Below, piece after piece: positions 31,495-32,000 of a DNA stretch of 32,000 bases; position 1 is the first letter of the stretch; each line of letters begins with the position of its first letter. The notes beneath the pieces are model-generated. The model was not told where the DNA came from, ran no database searches, and worked only from the letters and a program-made list of their open reading frames with translations. The position numbers and the translations under genes were made by a program. Source of the DNA: Candidatus Saccharimonadota bacterium (GTDB lineage: Bacteria > Pseudomonadota > Alphaproteobacteria > Rickettsiales > Anaplasmataceae); NCBI GenBank assembly GCA_029715105.1, contig CP085695.1, forward strand, positions 150,001 through 182,000, written 5' to 3'.

Positions 31495-32000
31495 TTATTC
31501 TTGGTAAAAAGAGGGTATATACTTAAATATAGGTGGTAACATTTTAAGGGAGTTTTTAAAATGTTCAGGAAGAATAGCTAAGATAGTATTTATTTTTCCA
31601 TTTGGAAGTTTTAAGGATAAGGAATGTGAATGGAGATGTATTTTGTTTATTATGCCATTTATAAAAGCTTTTTTACCACCATATTTACCATCACCTAGAA
31701 TAGGACATTTTATATAGGCTAAATGCGCTCTTAGTTGGTGAGTTCTACCGGTAATTGGTTGTAATTTTAAGTAAGCAACATCGTGTTTTAATTTTGCTAT
31801 AATTGAGAAGTGTGTGGTAGCATTTTTAGATGAATTTACATCAACTATTACTTTTTCTTGACCTGAAATATATTTCTTTATTAATGGACGTTCTATTATT
31901 CCTTTATTTTTTTTTGGTATACCAGAAGTTAGTGCTAGGTAAATTTTTTTTATTCTGTGTGCTTTGAATTCTTGCATAAGATATTTAGCGACATTTGTAT
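31495..32000 (-). CDS. RluA-family 23S rRNA pseudouridine synthase (RluC/RluD-like), N-terminus beyond the window edge
   Basis: The frame stays open upstream of the internal Met to base 32000 (..TNVAKYLMQEF). Blocks KIYLALTSG, TGRTHQLRAHLA, GDGKYGG and HLHSHSL. Confidence 0.88.
   Translation of the reverse strand, partial: TNVAKYLMQEFKAHRIKKIYLALTSGIPKKNKGIIERPLIKKYISGQEKVIVDVNSSKNATTHFSIIAKLKHDVAYLKLQPITGRTHQLRAHLAYIKCPILGDGKYGGKKAFINGIINKIHLHSHSLSLKLPNGKINTILAILPEHFKNSLKMLPPIFKYIPSFYQE

Overview
The window is very AT-rich and gene-dense. Its gene content and layout look like a reduced Rickettsiales genome, most likely Anaplasmataceae and Ehrlichia-like. That placement is inferred from protein motifs, base composition and scattered single-gene organisation, not from any search. 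I call 23 well-supported housekeeping CDSs: pstB (5' partial), dxr, pdhA, tldD, a stand-alone 5'-3' exonuclease, a TrxB-like ferredoxin-NADP reductase, pgk, pgsA, a short NADP-malic enzyme, grxD, an ABCB-type exporter, nuoH, nuoG, surE, ligA, cytochrome oxidase subunit III, recJ, a membrane-anchored cytochrome c, an alpha/beta hydrolase, fumC, sucB and an RluA-family pseudouridine synthase (partial). There is one tRNA-Leu(CAG) and three ORFs with no family I recognise (179 aa, 177 aa, 67 aa). I see no transposase, integrase, phage gene, CRISPR array, rRNA, or defence or toxin-antitoxin module, and I cannot honestly point to a new multi-gene system here. Four things deserve a second look. (1) A 67-codon ORF has its own sigma70-like promoter and an upstream 8-bp-arm palindrome, and its stop overlaps the nuoG start. 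(2) Two orphan proteins stand out: one has an Inc-like two-helix hydrophobic hairpin, and the other sits behind a triple 9-mer inverted/direct repeat. (3) Eight ORF-free spacers of 417-913 bp total about 15% of the window, including 913 bp where nuoI would normally follow nuoH. (4) Small sequence motifs recur in those spacers: TCTCTT/AAGAGA hairpins, ATTAAGGGA x3, and a 58-nt three-block motif present twice. AT-rich DNA produces many chance word matches, so all motif-level observations are low to moderate confidence.
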